Source: Gammaproteobacteria bacterium (GTDB lineage: Bacteria; Pseudomonadota; Gammaproteobacteria; Legionellales; Legionellaceae). From it: a stretch of 64,000 nucleotides of DNA. This document shows positions 28,215 to 40,141 of this stretch, in pieces. The notes under the pieces are model-generated. The model did not search any database and had not been told where the DNA came from. It saw nothing but the letters and a program-made list of their open reading frames with translations. The stretch covers positions 1,930 to 65,929 of the forward strand of contig JAHZKF010000010.1 of the NCBI GenBank assembly GCA_022600575.1, written 5' to 3'. Position numbers and translations under genes: made by a program. Each line of letters starts with the position of its first letter. Position 1 is the first letter of the stretch.

Positions 28215-29384
28215 CTAATCCCCTTCTAAACCATGAATAGGTTTAGTTCGCCCCCATTGCTTACAGCTCGGACATAACCAGTGCAATAACTTCCCTGAAA
28301 AACCACAATGACCACACCTATAAATGGGTTTATTATCTAAAAATTTACTCGTAATATCATAAAGCATTTGTAACTTATCACGCACAATGCCATGCGAAGA
28401 TTCCAAATGCCATTGAATCAATTGATTCAGTCCTCGAATAGAAGGATGCCGACTTAATTGAACTGATACAAAATCAATGCCTACTTCTAAGCTTTTCTCC
28501 TCACGTACATATTCCCCAATTGCAAAAATAACGGATGCCCGAGGATGATCAGCCAAAGCGTTTTCTAAATAACTCACACATTCATCCATGATATTGAGCT
28601 CAGTACACGCTTTTAATAAAGGTTCAATCACTTCAGTAAAAAAAGATGAGTCTTGTGCAAGCACACGCTTTAAAGCGCGAATCGCCTGCTTATAACGTGC
28701 TTGGTTCATATCAATATCAGCAAGCATCAAACTCGCACGAACCGATTGCTTATCCACAAGCAACGCTTGCTTCGCCAAAGCATAAGCTTTATCTTCAGCG
28801 CCTTCCAAGCGTTCCTTTTCTGCCATCTCACAGTAATAATGTGCTGCCTCTGCAACCATACTATTTCCTGTGACAAGCTCAAGTTTTTTTAGAATATCGA
28901 GTGCTTTCTCCCACGCTTTTTCTTGCTGATAAATCGCAACCAAACCGCGTAAGCTACTTGCATCAGGTGTGCCGCCCAAGGCAACAACTTCTTTAAAAAT
29001 ACGCTCGGCTCTATCAAAAACACCGGCACTCATATAGTCTTGAGCCAAAGCCATTAAAGCTTCTTTACGTTGCATCACCCGCAACTGAGGCCGTGCAATC
29101 AAGTTTTGATGGATTCGAATAGCCCTATCTACTTCACCACGACGACGAAACAAACTACCCAATGCCAAATGTGTCTCAACTGTTTCACTGTCTACTTCGA
29201 GCAGCTTAATAAAAACATCTACTGCTTTATCAGGCTGTTCATTTAATAAATAGTTCAATCCAACCACGTATTCACGCGATAAGTGATTAGCTTCATCTGG
29301 TTGTTTCACCGAATAATTACGCCGTGCAATCCACCAACCAGAACAGGCTGCAGCAGGAAGAAGCATTGGCCAAAGGTGAATCAT
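28215..29384 (-). CDS. lapB: LPS assembly regulator LapB (YciM), TPR plus rubredoxin-like C-terminus
   Basis: 389 aa. N-terminal TM, TPR repeats, C-terminal CGHCGF...CPSCKQW. Confidence 0.9.
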   Translation of the reverse strand: MIHLWPMLLPAAACSGWWIARRNYSVKQPDEANHLSREYVVGLNYLLNEQPDKAVDVFIKLLEVDSETVETHLALGSLFRRRGEVDRAIRIHQNLIARPQLRVMQRKEALMALAQDYMSAGVFDRAERIFKEVVALGGTPDASSLRGLVAIYQQEKAWEKALDILKKLELVTGNSMVAEAAHYYCEMAEKERLEGAEDKAYALAKQALLVDKQSVRASLMLADIDMNQARYKQAIRALKRVLAQDSSFFTEVIEPLLKACTELNIMDECVSYLENALADHPRASVIFAIGEYVREEKSLEVGIDFVSVQLSRHPSIRGLNQLIQWHLESSHGIVRDKLQMLYDITSKFLDNKPIYRCGHCGFSGKLLHWLCPSCKQWGRTKPIHGLEGD

Positions 29385-29403
29385 GTTAAGCGCTCCATTC
29401 GCG

Positions 29404-29688
29404 TTAATCTTTTAAAGGAATTTCTCGCAAATTTTTAATTTCTCGTTCCATTAATTGGAACTGATGTTTCACTTTACGATACTTGATACTTTTACACCAA
29501 TAACGTCCTAAAAAAATGACAAACCCTATCAAAACACCTATTGAAAAGGTCGCAATCATTAAAACTGAAACGGGCATGGTTAATGTTCTAAAATATAAGT
29601 TTAATGTAAGATTACCCGCATTTAAAGCCGCAAAACTCACTCCCAACAATATCAAACACACATAGAATATCAGCATGAGAAAACGCAT
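29404..29688 (-). CDS. lapA: LPS assembly protein LapA (YciS, DUF1049)
   Basis: 94 aa with two TM segments, directly upstream of lapB. Confidence 0.75.
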   Translation of the reverse strand: MRFLMLIFYVCLILLGVSFAALNAGNLTLNLYFRTLTMPVSVLMIATFSIGVLIGFVIFLGRYWCKSIKYRKVKHQFQLMEREIKNLREIPLKD

Positions 29689-29710
29689 TAATTTAATCCT
29701 TTTTTGATAT

Positions 29711-29741
29711 AAAAAAAGCGTAGTAAACTACGCTTTTTTTA
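29711..29741. terminator. bidirectional rho-independent terminator (A7-AGCGTAGT-AAA-ACTACGCT-T7)
   Basis: 8-bp stem flanked by A-run and T-run, read directly. Downstream of rpsA. Confidence 0.7.
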
Positions 29742-29770
29742 AACAATAAAAAACCAATCAGCATCAAGAA

Positions 29771-31456
29771 TCACTCACCGTCTTTTTTGCTATTTGCCAT
29801 TTTTTCTTTTAACAAATCACCTAAAGTAGTGGTTGATACTTCCGCTGTTTTAGAATATTTTTTAATTGCTTCTGCTTGATCTTCTGCATCTTTTGCTTTT
29901 ACAGACAATGCGATTGTTCTGTTTTTCCGATCAACATTTACAATTTTAGCTTCAACATCATCACCTTCTTTAACCAAGGTTGATGCATCGTCTACTTTAT
30001 CTTCAGACAAATCACTTGCCCGAATCGTACCAAATACATCTTCAGCAAGCTCAACGGTCACCATTTTAGCATCAACTTCTGACACTTTACCGGTCACAAC
30101 TGTGCCTTTACCAAATTCATCAACATAACTACTGAAATTATCACCTTCAAGCTGCTTCAATCCAAGCGAGATACGCTCACGCTCTGAGTCAATCGCCAAA
30201 ATAACAGCTTCCAGTTCTTGTCCTTTTTTGAAGTCTTTAACAGCTTCTTCACCAGGAACAGTCCATGAAATATCAGAAAGATGAACCAAACCATCAATCT
30301 CACCATCTAACCCAATGAAAATACCAAAGTCAGTAATAGAGCGAATTTTCCCGCTGATTTTTTGCCCTTTAGTTTGGGTTTCAGCAAATGTTTGCCATGG
30401 ATTGTTTTGACATTGCTTCATACCGAGTGAAATTCGTCGACGATCTTGATCAATCTCAAGCACAATAACCGACACTTCTTCACCTACAGAAACAACTTTA
30501 CTTGGATGAATGTTTTTATTGGTCCAGTCCATTTCAGACATATGCACCAAACCTTCAACACCTTCTTCAATTTCAACAAAACAGCCATAATCAGTAATGT
30601 TAGTTACTTTTCCTTCAAGTCTTGTGCTAACAGGATAACGATCAACTAAATCAACCCAAGGATCATTACCAAGCTGCTTCATGCCCAAAGAAACACGATT
30701 ACGCTCACTGTCAAAACTTAACACTTTAACTTTTACATCTTGAGCAACACTCAATATTTCGCTTGGATGTTTTACTCGTTTCCAAGAAATATCCGTAATA
30801 TGCAACAGGCCATCAACGCCACCCAAGTCAATAAACGCACCATAATCGGTCAAGTTTTTGACGATACCATCAAGCACTTGTCCATCATGTAGAGAATCAA
30901 GTAATGCTTGTCTATCAGCACTGTTTTCTTCTTCAACAACCGCACGACGAGAAACAACAATATTGTTACGTTTCAAGTCCATTTTAATGACTTTAAACTC
31001 AAGCTCTTTACCTTCTAAATAAGATGGGTCACGAACAGGTCTTACATCAACCAGCGAACCAGGTAAGAAAGCACGAATAGAACCGATTTCAACTGTAAAG
31101 CCACCTTTAACTTTACCTGAAATCAGACCAATAACAGTTTCACTGTTTTCATAGGATTTAGAGAGTTTTCGCCATGCTTCTTGACGCTTGGCTTTTTCAC
31201 GAGAAAGTAAAGTCTCACCATGACCATCTTCAACTGAATCTAGCGCAACTTCAACGGCATCACCCACTGCCACTTCAACTTCGCCATCTTTATCTTTAAA
31301 TTCATCAATTGAAATAATCCCTTCAGATTTCAACCCGGCATTCAGCGTCACAAAATCATCATCTACACTGATGACTGTTGCTTCTATAATTGCACCAGGA
31401 TAAAACTGGGTCCCAATGATACTCTGTTCAAATAAATCTTTAAAACTCTCTGTCAT
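29771..31456 (-). CDS. rpsA: 30S ribosomal protein S1
   Basis: 561 aa with six S1 repeats. Confidence 0.97.
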   Translation of the reverse strand: MTESFKDLFEQSIIGTQFYPGAIIEATVISVDDDFVTLNAGLKSEGIISIDEFKDKDGEVEVAVGDAVEVALDSVEDGHGETLLSREKAKRQEAWRKLSKSYENSETVIGLISGKVKGGFTVEIGSIRAFLPGSLVDVRPVRDPSYLEGKELEFKVIKMDLKRNNIVVSRRAVVEEENSADRQALLDSLHDGQVLDGIVKNLTDYGAFIDLGGVDGLLHITDISWKRVKHPSEILSVAQDVKVKVLSFDSERNRVSLGMKQLGNDPWVDLVDRYPVSTRLEGKVTNITDYGCFVEIEEGVEGLVHMSEMDWTNKNIHPSKVVSVGEEVSVIVLEIDQDRRRISLGMKQCQNNPWQTFAETQTKGQKISGKIRSITDFGIFIGLDGEIDGLVHLSDISWTVPGEEAVKDFKKGQELEAVILAIDSERERISLGLKQLEGDNFSSYVDEFGKGTVVTGKVSEVDAKMVTVELAEDVFGTIRASDLSEDKVDDASTLVKEGDDVEAKIVNVDRKNRTIALSVKAKDAEDQAEAIKKYSKTAEVSTTTLGDLLKEKMANSKKDGE

Positions 31457-31495
31457 GTTATCAAACTCAATAAATAAAATTATAAAAAGCGCTTG

Positions 31496-32185
31496 CTACT
31501 CGCTTTTCCCCATAAATCCTCGCTCATCGACAAGCTCAACCAAACGCTCAAACACAGCTTCAACGGTTAAATCTGTTGTATCAACCATGATTGCATCATC
31601 TGCAGCCTTTAACGGCGCATGCTGACGTGCCATGTCTCTTGCATCACGTTTATTCAATTCATCGACGACCTGCGCGAGATTAACACTTTTTCCACTATCC
31701 TTCAACTGTAAATATCGTCGACGGGAGCGCTCATCAGACGAAGCATCTAAATAAATTTTTAATGCCGCATTTGGAAAAACCACTGTCCCCATATCACGAC
31801 CATCCGTCACAAGCCCTGGTAACACTGCAAACTCACGTTGACGTTCAAGCAATGCCGCACGAATTTCAGGCATAGCTGCCAACTTTGATGCTCGCGCACC
31901 ACAGGCCTCAGTGCGTAATTGACCCTCTACTCGCTCACCCTCTAAAAAAATATGATAATGCTCAAATTCAATGGGCAAGTGTTCTGCCAATTGAACCAGC
32001 TCCTCACTTGCATCCAGCCCAATATTATTTTTCTCTGCCAAAAAGCCAAGTGCACGATATAACACACCACTATCTAATAAATGCCATCCTAAATAATCCG
32101 CCAATCGATGACATAAAGTCCCTTTTCCTGTACCGCTGGGACCATCTAAGGTAATCACGGGCACTGTGTTTTTACCTTCTGACAT
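31496..32185 (-). CDS. cmk: cytidylate kinase
   Basis: 229 aa. ITLDGPSGTGKGT P-loop. cmk-rpsA synteny. Confidence 0.93.
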   Translation of the reverse strand: MSEGKNTVPVITLDGPSGTGKGTLCHRLADYLGWHLLDSGVLYRALGFLAEKNNIGLDASEELVQLAEHLPIEFEHYHIFLEGERVEGQLRTEACGARASKLAAMPEIRAALLERQREFAVLPGLVTDGRDMGTVVFPNAALKIYLDASSDERSRRRYLQLKDSGKSVNLAQVVDELNKRDARDMARQHAPLKAADDAIMVDTTDLTVEAVFERLVELVDERGFMGKSE

Positions 32186-33443
32186 AATCTATATCCTGTT
32201 TTTCTATCACACACCCCAATCGATTAGCTGTATCAATAAAGGTTGGAAATGAGGTTGAAATTGCATCTGCATTTAACACTTGTATTGGCGATTTTGCAAC
32301 CACACCCGCAATCAAAAAAGCCATAGCCACACGATGATCTGAAAAAGCATCTACTATCCCCCCCTGCACCTCGCCCCCTGCAATCACCACATCATCGCCA
32401 TCAACCACAACTGAAATACCCAAAGTGTTGAGTCCATCTGCCATTGCCTGAACCCTATCACTTTCTTTATGCCGTAACTCACCCACACCTAAAATACGGG
32501 TTTGTCCTTCTGCCATCGCGGCTGCAATTAATAAAATAGGAAACTCATCAATCGCGCGCACGAGCAACTCTTTTGAAATACCAATCCCTTTTAACTTAGC
32601 ATAACGCACTTGAATATCAGCCACAGGTTCTGCCCCATAAAAACGGGGGGCATTAAGCATAATATCTGCACCCATAGTTTGTAATATATCAACCATACCC
32701 ATACGCGTTGGATTAATACCCACACCACGCAGTATTAATTCAGAACCGGGCACCAAACTCGCAAGCACCATAAAAAAAGCTGCTGATGATAAATCACCCG
32801 GTACTTCAACAAATCGCTGATGATTCATCTGAAAATCAAAAACCGATAGCATTCGTTCGGTATGATCTCGCGTTGTAACAGCCTCAATCACTTCTGTTTG
32901 ACCTGATGCATATAAACCTGCAAGTAAAATACAAGATTTGACCTGAGCACTTGCAACAGGAGTCTCATAACAGATTGACTTTAAGTTACTTTTTCCTGAA
33001 ATTCTAAGCGGCGCATGCCCGTCTATGGCATCAATATGAGCTCCCATAAGGCGTAGTGGTGTAACAATACGTGCCATCGGCCGAGATGATAAGCTCTTAT
33101 CTCCCACCAAAACGCTATCAAACGATTGCCCGACCAAAAGCCCTGACAAAAGTCGCATGCTGGTACCTGAATTACCACAATCAAGTGGCGCGCTGGGTGC
33201 AATAAATCCCCTTAAACCCACACCATACACAATGGTTTTAGTTTCAAAAAAATCAATGCGCACACCCATTTGGCGTAATGCACGTGCTGTTGCAACACAA
33301 TCATCCGAATTTAAACAATGTTTAATCTCTGTCACACCCTTTGCAATGGCTGCAAACATTAAGGCGCGATGCGAAATCGATTTATCACCCGGCAGTACAA
33401 TATCACCTTGAATAGATGTAAAAATAGGATTGCTTTTTATCAC
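32172..33443 (-). CDS. aroA: 3-phosphoshikimate 1-carboxyvinyltransferase (EPSP synthase)
   Basis: 423 aa. LPGDKSISHRALMFAA and CGNSGTSMRLL motifs. The GTG start overlaps the serC stop by 1 nt. Confidence 0.95.
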   Translation of the reverse strand: MIKSNPIFTSIQGDIVLPGDKSISHRALMFAAIAKGVTEIKHCLNSDDCVATARALRQMGVRIDFFETKTIVYGVGLRGFIAPSAPLDCGNSGTSMRLLSGLLVGQSFDSVLVGDKSLSSRPMARIVTPLRLMGAHIDAIDGHAPLRISGKSNLKSICYETPVASAQVKSCILLAGLYASGQTEVIEAVTTRDHTERMLSVFDFQMNHQRFVEVPGDLSSAAFFMVLASLVPGSELILRGVGINPTRMGMVDILQTMGADIMLNAPRFYGAEPVADIQVRYAKLKGIGISKELLVRAIDEFPILLIAAAMAEGQTRILGVGELRHKESDRVQAMADGLNTLGISVVVDGDDVVIAGGEVQGGIVDAFSDHRVAMAFLIAGVVAKSPIQVLNADAISTSFPTFIDTANRLGCVIEKQDIDYVRR

Positions 33444-34486
33444 TAAACAAACTCATCCATAAAAGCAATCAATGCATCAACACCTGCCATAGGCATCGCA
33501 TTATATAAACTTGCTCGCAGACCACCTTGTACCCTGTGTCCTTTAAGACCTTTTAGACCATGCGCTTCAGCCGCATCTAAAAATGCTGCTTCTCGGGTTT
33601 TATCTACCATCGAAAAACAAACATTCATGATAGAACGCAATGGTTCTTCCACCTGACATACATAATGTTTGGATGTATCAATATAATCATATAATTTAGC
33701 CGCTTTAGCCTGATTGATTTGATACAAAGCCTCAACGCCGCCTTCTGCTTTAACCCACTTAAACATTTTAGCAGCCATGTCACACTGAAATACCGGAGGC
33801 GTCGCATACAGCGAATGATTTTTCGCATGTACACGATAATCTAACATTGCAGGGAGTACATGCTCGGGCGTGATTTGTAATAAATCATCCCGAATAATCA
33901 CGATTGTTAAGCCTGCAGGACCAATGTTTTTCTGTGCACCTGCAAAAATTAATCCAAATTGTGCGACATCAATCGGTTCACTCAATAAACACGAGGTCAT
34001 GTCTGCAACCAATGGCACATCACCCACATCTGGAATACCTGAAAACCGCACGCCATCAACGGTTTCATTAGGCGTATAATAGACATAGGCTGTGTTTTCT
34101 TCAGGCCGCCCATCTGTTATTTGATAGGCATCACTCAAACGTTTTGCCTCTTCAAACGCAAGCCGAGACCAAAGGCCTGTGCAAATATAACCTGCTCGCT
34201 TTTTATCTGGTGTCATTAAATTCATAGGGACCATGCCAAACTGCGTGCGCGTAGCACCCCCTAAAAACAGAACCTGGTAATTAGCCGGAATATGTAACAA
34301 TTCACGTAAATCTGCCCGAGCTGTTTCGAGCAAATTGATAAAAACATCGGTTCTGTGGCCTAACTCAAGAATCGATAAATCAGTATGCTGCCAATCTAAT
34401 AATTCTTTCTGTGCGTCACGCAAAATACTTTCTGGTAACGTTGCAGGTCCCGCACCAAAATAAAAACCATGTCTTGTCATAACCAT
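33443..34486 (-). CDS. serC: phosphoserine aminotransferase
   Basis: 347 aa. FGAGPATLP N-terminus. Class V aminotransferase. The ATG directly abuts the gyrA stop. Confidence 0.93.
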   Translation of the reverse strand: MVMTRHGFYFGAGPATLPESILRDAQKELLDWQHTDLSILELGHRTDVFINLLETARADLRELLHIPANYQVLFLGGATRTQFGMVPMNLMTPDKKRAGYICTGLWSRLAFEEAKRLSDAYQITDGRPEENTAYVYYTPNETVDGVRFSGIPDVGDVPLVADMTSCLLSEPIDVAQFGLIFAGAQKNIGPAGLTIVIIRDDLLQITPEHVLPAMLDYRVHAKNHSLYATPPVFQCDMAAKMFKWVKAEGGVEALYQINQAKAAKLYDYIDTSKHYVCQVEEPLRSIMNVCFSMVDKTREAAFLDAAEAHGLKGLKGHRVQGGLRASLYNAMPMAGVDALIAFMDEFV

Positions 34487-37099
34487 TTACTCAGTACTGA
34501 CGGCAACCGATGCATCCGTATCATCATCTGTTTCACACTCAGCTTCAGCAGTTACATCATCTAAATCATCTTGTAATTCTTCAATACGCTGCATGCCGAC
34601 CACCTGCTCTCCGTTAGCCAAGTTCATTAAGCGCACACCTTGCGTATTTCGGCCAATCACAGAAATTTCATTCACACGAACACGCACCAAAGTCCCCTTT
34701 GTTGTAATCAGCATGGCTTCATCTGCTTCATTCACTTGTAATGCACGAACCACACGACCATTCCGTTCGTTCACTTGAATAGAAATGACACCTTGACCAC
34801 CACGACCTGTCACCCGATATTCATCAACTGCGGTCCGTTTACCATAACCAAATTCTGTCGCTGTTAAAATAGTGCCTTCTGTCTCTGCTACCACCAGCGA
34901 AATAACGGACTGACTATCACCTAGTCGTATACCCCGTACACCGCGAGCCGTACGCCCCATTGGACGAATTAAGGTTTCATCAAACCGAATCACCTTGCCC
35001 GCATCAGAAAACAGCATAATATGCTTCGCGCCATTTGTGATATCAACCCCAATCAGTTGATCACCATCCAATAAGTCAACTGCGATAATGCCATTGCTTC
35101 GTGGTCGACTAAATGCTTCGAGAGGCACTTTTTTAACCGTTCCACGTTGTGTTGCCATAAACACAAAATAACCTACTGTATATTCTCGAACCGGTAACAT
35201 TGCATGAATCACTTCACCTTCAGCCAAAGGTAAAACGTTAACAATTGGTTTCCCACGTGAAGTCCGGCTTGCAAGTGGTAATTGATAAGATTTAACCCAA
35301 TATAATTTGCCGTAATTTGAAAAACAAAGCAGCGTGTCATGCGTGCTTGCAATCACTAAACGCTCGACAAAATCCTCTTCTTTAACATGAGTTGCCGCTT
35401 TTCCTTTACCACCTCGTCTTTGTGCTTGATACACTGACAATGGCTGATATTTCACATAACCCTGATGTGACAGCGTCACCACAACTTGTTCTTCTGTGAT
35501 TAAGTCTTCAATGGTTAAATCATTTTGTGAGGCCATAATTTCGGTACGACGCTCATTCCCAAATTGCGTTTTCATTTCAACTAATTCTTCACGAATCACT
35601 TCCATTAAACGCTCAGGTGAATTTAAAATCTCAAGCAATGCTTGAATCACATCCAATAACTGATCAAACTCTTGTAATAATTTATCTTGCTCAAGAGCTG
35701 TTAATCGATGTAAGCGCAATTCTAAAATAGCTTGTGCCTGATCAGGCGATAGATAATAGCCATCATCCACAAACCCAAGTCCCTCAGGTAAATCATCGGG
35801 TCTGCAAGCTGTATCACCTATTTTATCTAACATCGCTTGAACTGATCCTGGCGCCCAGGACCGTGCCGTTAGGCCTTCTTTCGCTTCAAGCGGTGTTGCA
35901 GATGCTTTAATTAAAGCAATCATGTCATCAATATTAGCTAATGCAACCGCTAAACCTTCTAAAACATGAGCGCGTATACGCGACTTTTTAAGTTTAAACA
36001 ATGAGCGTCTCGTCACAACTTCACGACGATGACGTAAGAAGCAATCTAATATTTCTCTTAAATTAAGCACTCGTGGCTGATTATCAATCAAAGCCACCAT
36101 GTTAATACCAAATACATTCTGCATCGGTGTATGCGCATATAAATTATTCAGCACAACTTCAGGGACTTCACCTCGTTTAAGCTCAATCACAACGCGCATG
36201 CCATCTTTATCTGACTCGTCGCGTAAACCTGAAATACCTTCCAGGCGTTTATCTCGCACCAAGTCAGCAATTCGTTCAATCAAACGTGCTTTATTCACCT
36301 GATACGGTAATTCGTTAATAATCAATGCCTGACGGCCTGTTTTATCATCTGTTTCAACATCCGTACGCGCACGAATCTGAATACGGCCTCGTCCTGTCCG
36401 ATATGCTTCTATAATACCCGCACGCCCATTAATAATGGCTGATGTTGGAAAATCAGGTCCTGGAATAATGTCAATTAACTCATCTATTGTCAGTTCAGGT
36501 GAATCAATTAAAGCCACACATGCATTAATCACTTCCGTTAAGTTATGTGGCGGAATATTAGTTGCCATCCCAACTGCAATACCGGATGAACCATTAATCA
36601 ATAAATTAGGAATACGCGCAGGCAGGACCACAGGCGCAAATTCAGTTTCATCATAATTAGGTGCAAAATCAACTGTTTCTTGATCTAAGTCCGCCATCAA
36701 TGCATGGGCAATCTTTGACATGCGTACTTCGGTATATCGCATAGCTGCAGGTGCATCACCATCTATTGAACCAAAGTTTCCTTGTCCATCAACCAAAACC
36801 TGTCGCATTGAAAATGGCTGCGCCATCCGAACAATGGTGTCATACACCGCTGTATCACCATGTGGATGGTATTTACCAATCACATCCCCGACCACACGTG
36901 CCGATTTTTTATAAGGTTTATTCCAATCGTTATTCAACTCACTCATGGCATATAACACACGCCGATGAACAGGCTTTAAACCATCTCTCGCATCAGGCAA
37001 AGCACGCCCAACAATCACGCTCATAGCGTAATCAAGGTAGGATTGTTTAATCTCGTCTTCAATACTGACGCGCGTGACTTCTTCAGTAGAATCAACCAT
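34487..37099 (-). CDS. gyrA: DNA gyrase subunit A
   Basis: 870 aa. [29 protein letters not shown] and AAMRYTE active-site Tyr region. Acidic C-terminal tail. Confidence 0.98.
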   Translation of the reverse strand: MVDSTEEVTRVSIEDEIKQSYLDYAMSVIVGRALPDARDGLKPVHRRVLYAMSELNNDWNKPYKKSARVVGDVIGKYHPHGDTAVYDTIVRMAQPFSMRQVLVDGQGNFGSIDGDAPAAMRYTEVRMSKIAHALMADLDQETVDFAPNYDETEFAPVVLPARIPNLLINGSSGIAVGMATNIPPHNLTEVINACVALIDSPELTIDELIDIIPGPDFPTSAIINGRAGIIEAYRTGRGRIQIRARTDVETDDKTGRQALIINELPYQVNKARLIERIADLVRDKRLEGISGLRDESDKDGMRVVIELKRGEVPEVVLNNLYAHTPMQNVFGINMVALIDNQPRVLNLREILDCFLRHRREVVTRRSLFKLKKSRIRAHVLEGLAVALANIDDMIALIKASATPLEAKEGLTARSWAPGSVQAMLDKIGDTACRPDDLPEGLGFVDDGYYLSPDQAQAILELRLHRLTALEQDKLLQEFDQLLDVIQALLEILNSPERLMEVIREELVEMKTQFGNERRTEIMASQNDLTIEDLITEEQVVVTLSHQGYVKYQPLSVYQAQRRGGKGKAATHVKEEDFVERLVIASTHDTLLCFSNYGKLYWVKSYQLPLASRTSRGKPIVNVLPLAEGEVIHAMLPVREYTVGYFVFMATQRGTVKKVPLEAFSRPRSNGIIAVDLLDGDQLIGVDITNGAKHIMLFSDAGKVIRFDETLIRPMGRTARGVRGIRLGDSQSVISLVVAETEGTILTATEFGYGKRTAVDEYRVTGRGGQGVISIQVNERNGRVVRALQVNEADEAMLITTKGTLVRVRVNEISVIGRNTQGVRLMNLANGEQVVGMQRIEELQDDLDDVTAEAECETDDDTDASVAVSTE

Positions 37100-37209
37100 A
37101 GAGGAAACCCATTTTCCTTATCAAAAATAAATCACAAAATAGCCCTAGAGCATACCACATTTAAGTTCCCGCTTATAGCAGCTAAAAAACATGACTCATT
37201 TTTTTAACC

Positions 37210-38445
37210 CTATAACCTGTCAATTGCTATTTCAGGCATTTCTACAATATTCGTTATCATATGCTGATATATGATTTCCGCATCAAATATTTGTGGGAGT
37301 ACAATAAAATTAGGGTTATTTTTCGTTTCAACAATACTTTTGTCTGTCGCCTTTCCAATTCTATTCGTAGTGGCATCAAGCACATAATATTGACCATCAT
37401 AATATATTTCATTCATTGCGTGTGAACCCACTTCCTGAAATATGCCATCAACCGTATCTGAAAAAGCAAAAGACAAAGCCGTCACCTCAAAACCAAACTC
37501 TCTCAGTAAGTGCTGTAATAAAACAGCGGTAAGATTACACATTGAGCTCGTATCTCTTAACCCCCCAAAAGGGCGCTTAAATCGCTCACTCACTTGGGCA
37601 TAATTATAATGGCTATACAAAGAATACGTGGTTAAAGCAGCTATTTTTAACAGCTCCGGTAAATCCTCAACCTGCTCAAGTACATGACTAAAATAGGCAT
37701 GTGACGCCAAACTGACCTTCAGTGTAACCACATTATCTGTGATCGTACTCTCTTTTAAATCTGCAATAAGCTTTACATCATCATCCGTATTAATTTCAAC
37801 TAAATGCCCCTTAATACGCCCAATATCTAACTGCTTAGCTCTATCCTGCTTTTCTTCTAAAGACAAATTTAAATAGGACCAATATAAAAGATAAATCCCT
37901 AATTTAAGCTCTTTCGCAACTGCTTTTTCTAATACCTCATGCATTGTTTCTGGATTACGGTGATGCGCAATAATCTCAGCAAGAAAATGATCACGAACAT
38001 CGTCTTCTTTTTGTAAGAAAAAGTTACCGAGGAACATTTTTTGTACTGGTAAAATAGCATTTTTTTTGTGTACATCAACTTGAATAGCAGAAGTTGCTAA
38101 TTCAGTATATATAAACGAGGGCAAGGGCCAATCATGCCAAGGTATGACTTCTGTCCATACACGACTAGATGTAGAAAAAGAAAATACTCGGAACTCCAAT
38201 TGACTTAATGGTTCCCCCTTTATTTCATTCACAACAAACGTTATTTCTTCTCCTTGTTTAAACGTTACTTTATAAGGTCGCCATGAAACCCCTTCTACAT
38301 ATTTAATCTCAGGAAAAGCAGCCACATTGATATTCGAATCAATTACAGATGGATGCAACACGTCACTTGAAAAAGCATAGCCTTCACTAAAAACCGCCAA
38401 AAACACACAAAAAAATATCAAACCGTACCTTTTCTTTTTGGGCAT
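37210..38445 (-). CDS. secreted transglutaminase-like (papain-fold Cys-His-Asp) protein
   Basis: 411 aa with signal peptide. C-terminal core SMCNLTAVLLQHLLREFGFEV...GSHAMNEIYYDGQYYVLDAT matches the spacing of the transglutaminase-like superfamily triad. Confidence 0.65.
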   Translation of the reverse strand: MPKKKRYGLIFFCVFLAVFSEGYAFSSDVLHPSVIDSNINVAAFPEIKYVEGVSWRPYKVTFKQGEEITFVVNEIKGEPLSQLEFRVFSFSTSSRVWTEVIPWHDWPLPSFIYTELATSAIQVDVHKKNAILPVQKMFLGNFFLQKEDDVRDHFLAEIIAHHRNPETMHEVLEKAVAKELKLGIYLLYWSYLNLSLEEKQDRAKQLDIGRIKGHLVEINTDDDVKLIADLKESTITDNVVTLKVSLASHAYFSHVLEQVEDLPELLKIAALTTYSLYSHYNYAQVSERFKRPFGGLRDTSSMCNLTAVLLQHLLREFGFEVTALSFAFSDTVDGIFQEVGSHAMNEIYYDGQYYVLDATTNRIGKATDKSIVETKNNPNFIVLPQIFDAEIIYQHMITNIVEMPEIAIDRL

Positions 38446-38481
38446 AAATTAACATCCTATGACTATTTTCTTGCTCACAAC

Positions 38482-39834
38482 TTAGATAAAACGAAGCACA
38501 TCCTGAATACATTTAACAGGCAAAACCTCTATCCCCTTAATTTTTTTAGGCGCATTGGCTTGTGGCACAATGGCACGCTTAAAGCCATGCTTTGCAGCTT
38601 CGCGCAGACGTTCTTGACCACTCTGAACAGGCCGAATTTCACCTGCAAGCCCCACTTCACCAAAAATCACAGTATCACTATCAAATACACGATTACGCAA
38701 ACTCGATACAACGGCCGCAATTAAAGCCAAATCACTACCTGTTTCAGCAACTTTAATACCACCCACTACATTAATAAAGACATCTTGATCAAAGGTTACA
38801 ATTCCCCCATGACGATGCAATACAGCTAATAAAATAGCGAGGCGATTATGCTCCAGTCCTGCTGTAACACGACGTGCTTGTCCACCATGTGACTCATCCA
38901 CTAAAGCCTGTACATCAACCAGCATGGGACGCGTTCCTTCCCAGGTGACCATCACCACATTGCCAGGTGTTGGTTCAAGCGTTCGTGATAAAAAAATAGC
39001 TGATGGATTCGCAACTTCTTTTAGACCCTTATCGGTCATTGCAAACACGCCTAGCTCATTGGCCGCACCAAAACGATTTTTAATCGCTCGAATCACACGA
39101 AATCGATTATCTGACTGACCTTCAAAATAAAGCACGCAATCCACCATATGCTCAAGCACGCGCGGACCAGCAAGGGCACCTTCTTTCGTCACATGACCCA
39201 CCAAAAATACAGCGGTCTGTGTCATCTTGGCAAATCGCACCAATAATGCTGTTGCTTCACGGACCTGACTCACTCCGCCAGGTGCTGAATTAATAGCCTC
39301 TGTAAAAATAGTTTGCACCGAGTCAATCACAATCACACGTGGTTGTGCTGTTTTTGCATGCGCTAAAATCGTTTCAACTTGTGTTTCCGCAACAAGCTGC
39401 AAGCCTTCTGTCGGCAATTGTAGGCGTTTAGCCCGCATTGCCACCTGTTGTAACGACTCCTCACCTGTAACATATAAAACCGGATAGTCACGTGACAAAT
39501 ACGCCATGGCTTGCAAAAGGACTGTCGATTTTCCAATGCCTGGGTCTCCGCCCACCAAAACCACTGAGCCATCAACAAGCCCACCACCAAGCACTCGATT
39601 GAGCTCAGACAAACCTAAGTCCATACGTGTTGTTTCTTCGATATTCACTTCATCAATGGGCGTTACTTTTGAGCGTTGATTCGCATAATGACTCACTCGC
39701 TGCCGACCAGACCCTGGAGGCACGCTTCCTTCTTCTGAGATAGCGTTCCAAGCACCACATTGCATGCATTGACCTGCCCACTGCGACGAAACAGCCGCAC
39801 ATTGACTACAAACATATCTTGTTTTAACTTTCAT
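38482..39834 (-). CDS. radA: DNA repair protein RadA (Sms)
   Basis: Start moved to ATG 39834 (MKVKTRYVCSQCAA...CMQCGAWN zinc finger). Walker A GDPGIGKST, KNRFG motif, Lon-like C-terminus. Confidence 0.95.
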   Translation of the reverse strand: MKVKTRYVCSQCAAVSSQWAGQCMQCGAWNAISEEGSVPPGSGRQRVSHYANQRSKVTPIDEVNIEETTRMDLGLSELNRVLGGGLVDGSVVLVGGDPGIGKSTVLLQAMAYLSRDYPVLYVTGEESLQQVAMRAKRLQLPTEGLQLVAETQVETILAHAKTAQPRVIVIDSVQTIFTEAINSAPGGVSQVREATALLVRFAKMTQTAVFLVGHVTKEGALAGPRVLEHMVDCVLYFEGQSDNRFRVIRAIKNRFGAANELGVFAMTDKGLKEVANPSAIFLSRTLEPTPGNVVMVTWEGTRPMLVDVQALVDESHGGQARRVTAGLEHNRLAILLAVLHRHGGIVTFDQDVFINVVGGIKVAETGSDLALIAAVVSSLRNRVFDSDTVIFGEVGLAGEIRPVQSGQERLREAAKHGFKRAIVPQANAPKKIKGIEVLPVKCIQDVLRFI

Positions 39835-39922
39835 CTTTATTCCGTCATGATTGAATCTTGAATTGCACGTTAAAAACAAAACAGTATAATAACAGCTTAT
39901 CTGCCTGATGACTTAAAGCATT

Positions 39923-40141
39923 ATGACCAAACCCGCTCAATTTGAAAAATCAATCCAGGCTCTCGAGCAAGTGGTCGCAGCACTTGAAAAAGGAGATGTC
40001 TCTCTCGACGATGCCTTAAAGCAATTCGAAAAAGGGATTCAATTAACACGTACTTGCCAAACCCTTCTGACCGAGGCTGAACAAAAGATTGAACAACTCA
40101 TGAATCAAAACTCGCCCAAAGAGGACAGCACGGATGGCTAG
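39923..40141 (+). CDS. xseB: exodeoxyribonuclease VII small subunit
   Basis: 72 aa. FEKSIQALEQVVAALEKGDVSLDDAL is typical of XseB. Confidence 0.9.
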   Translation: MTKPAQFEKSIQALEQVVAALEKGDVSLDDALKQFEKGIQLTRTCQTLLTEAEQKIEQLMNQNSPKEDSTDG

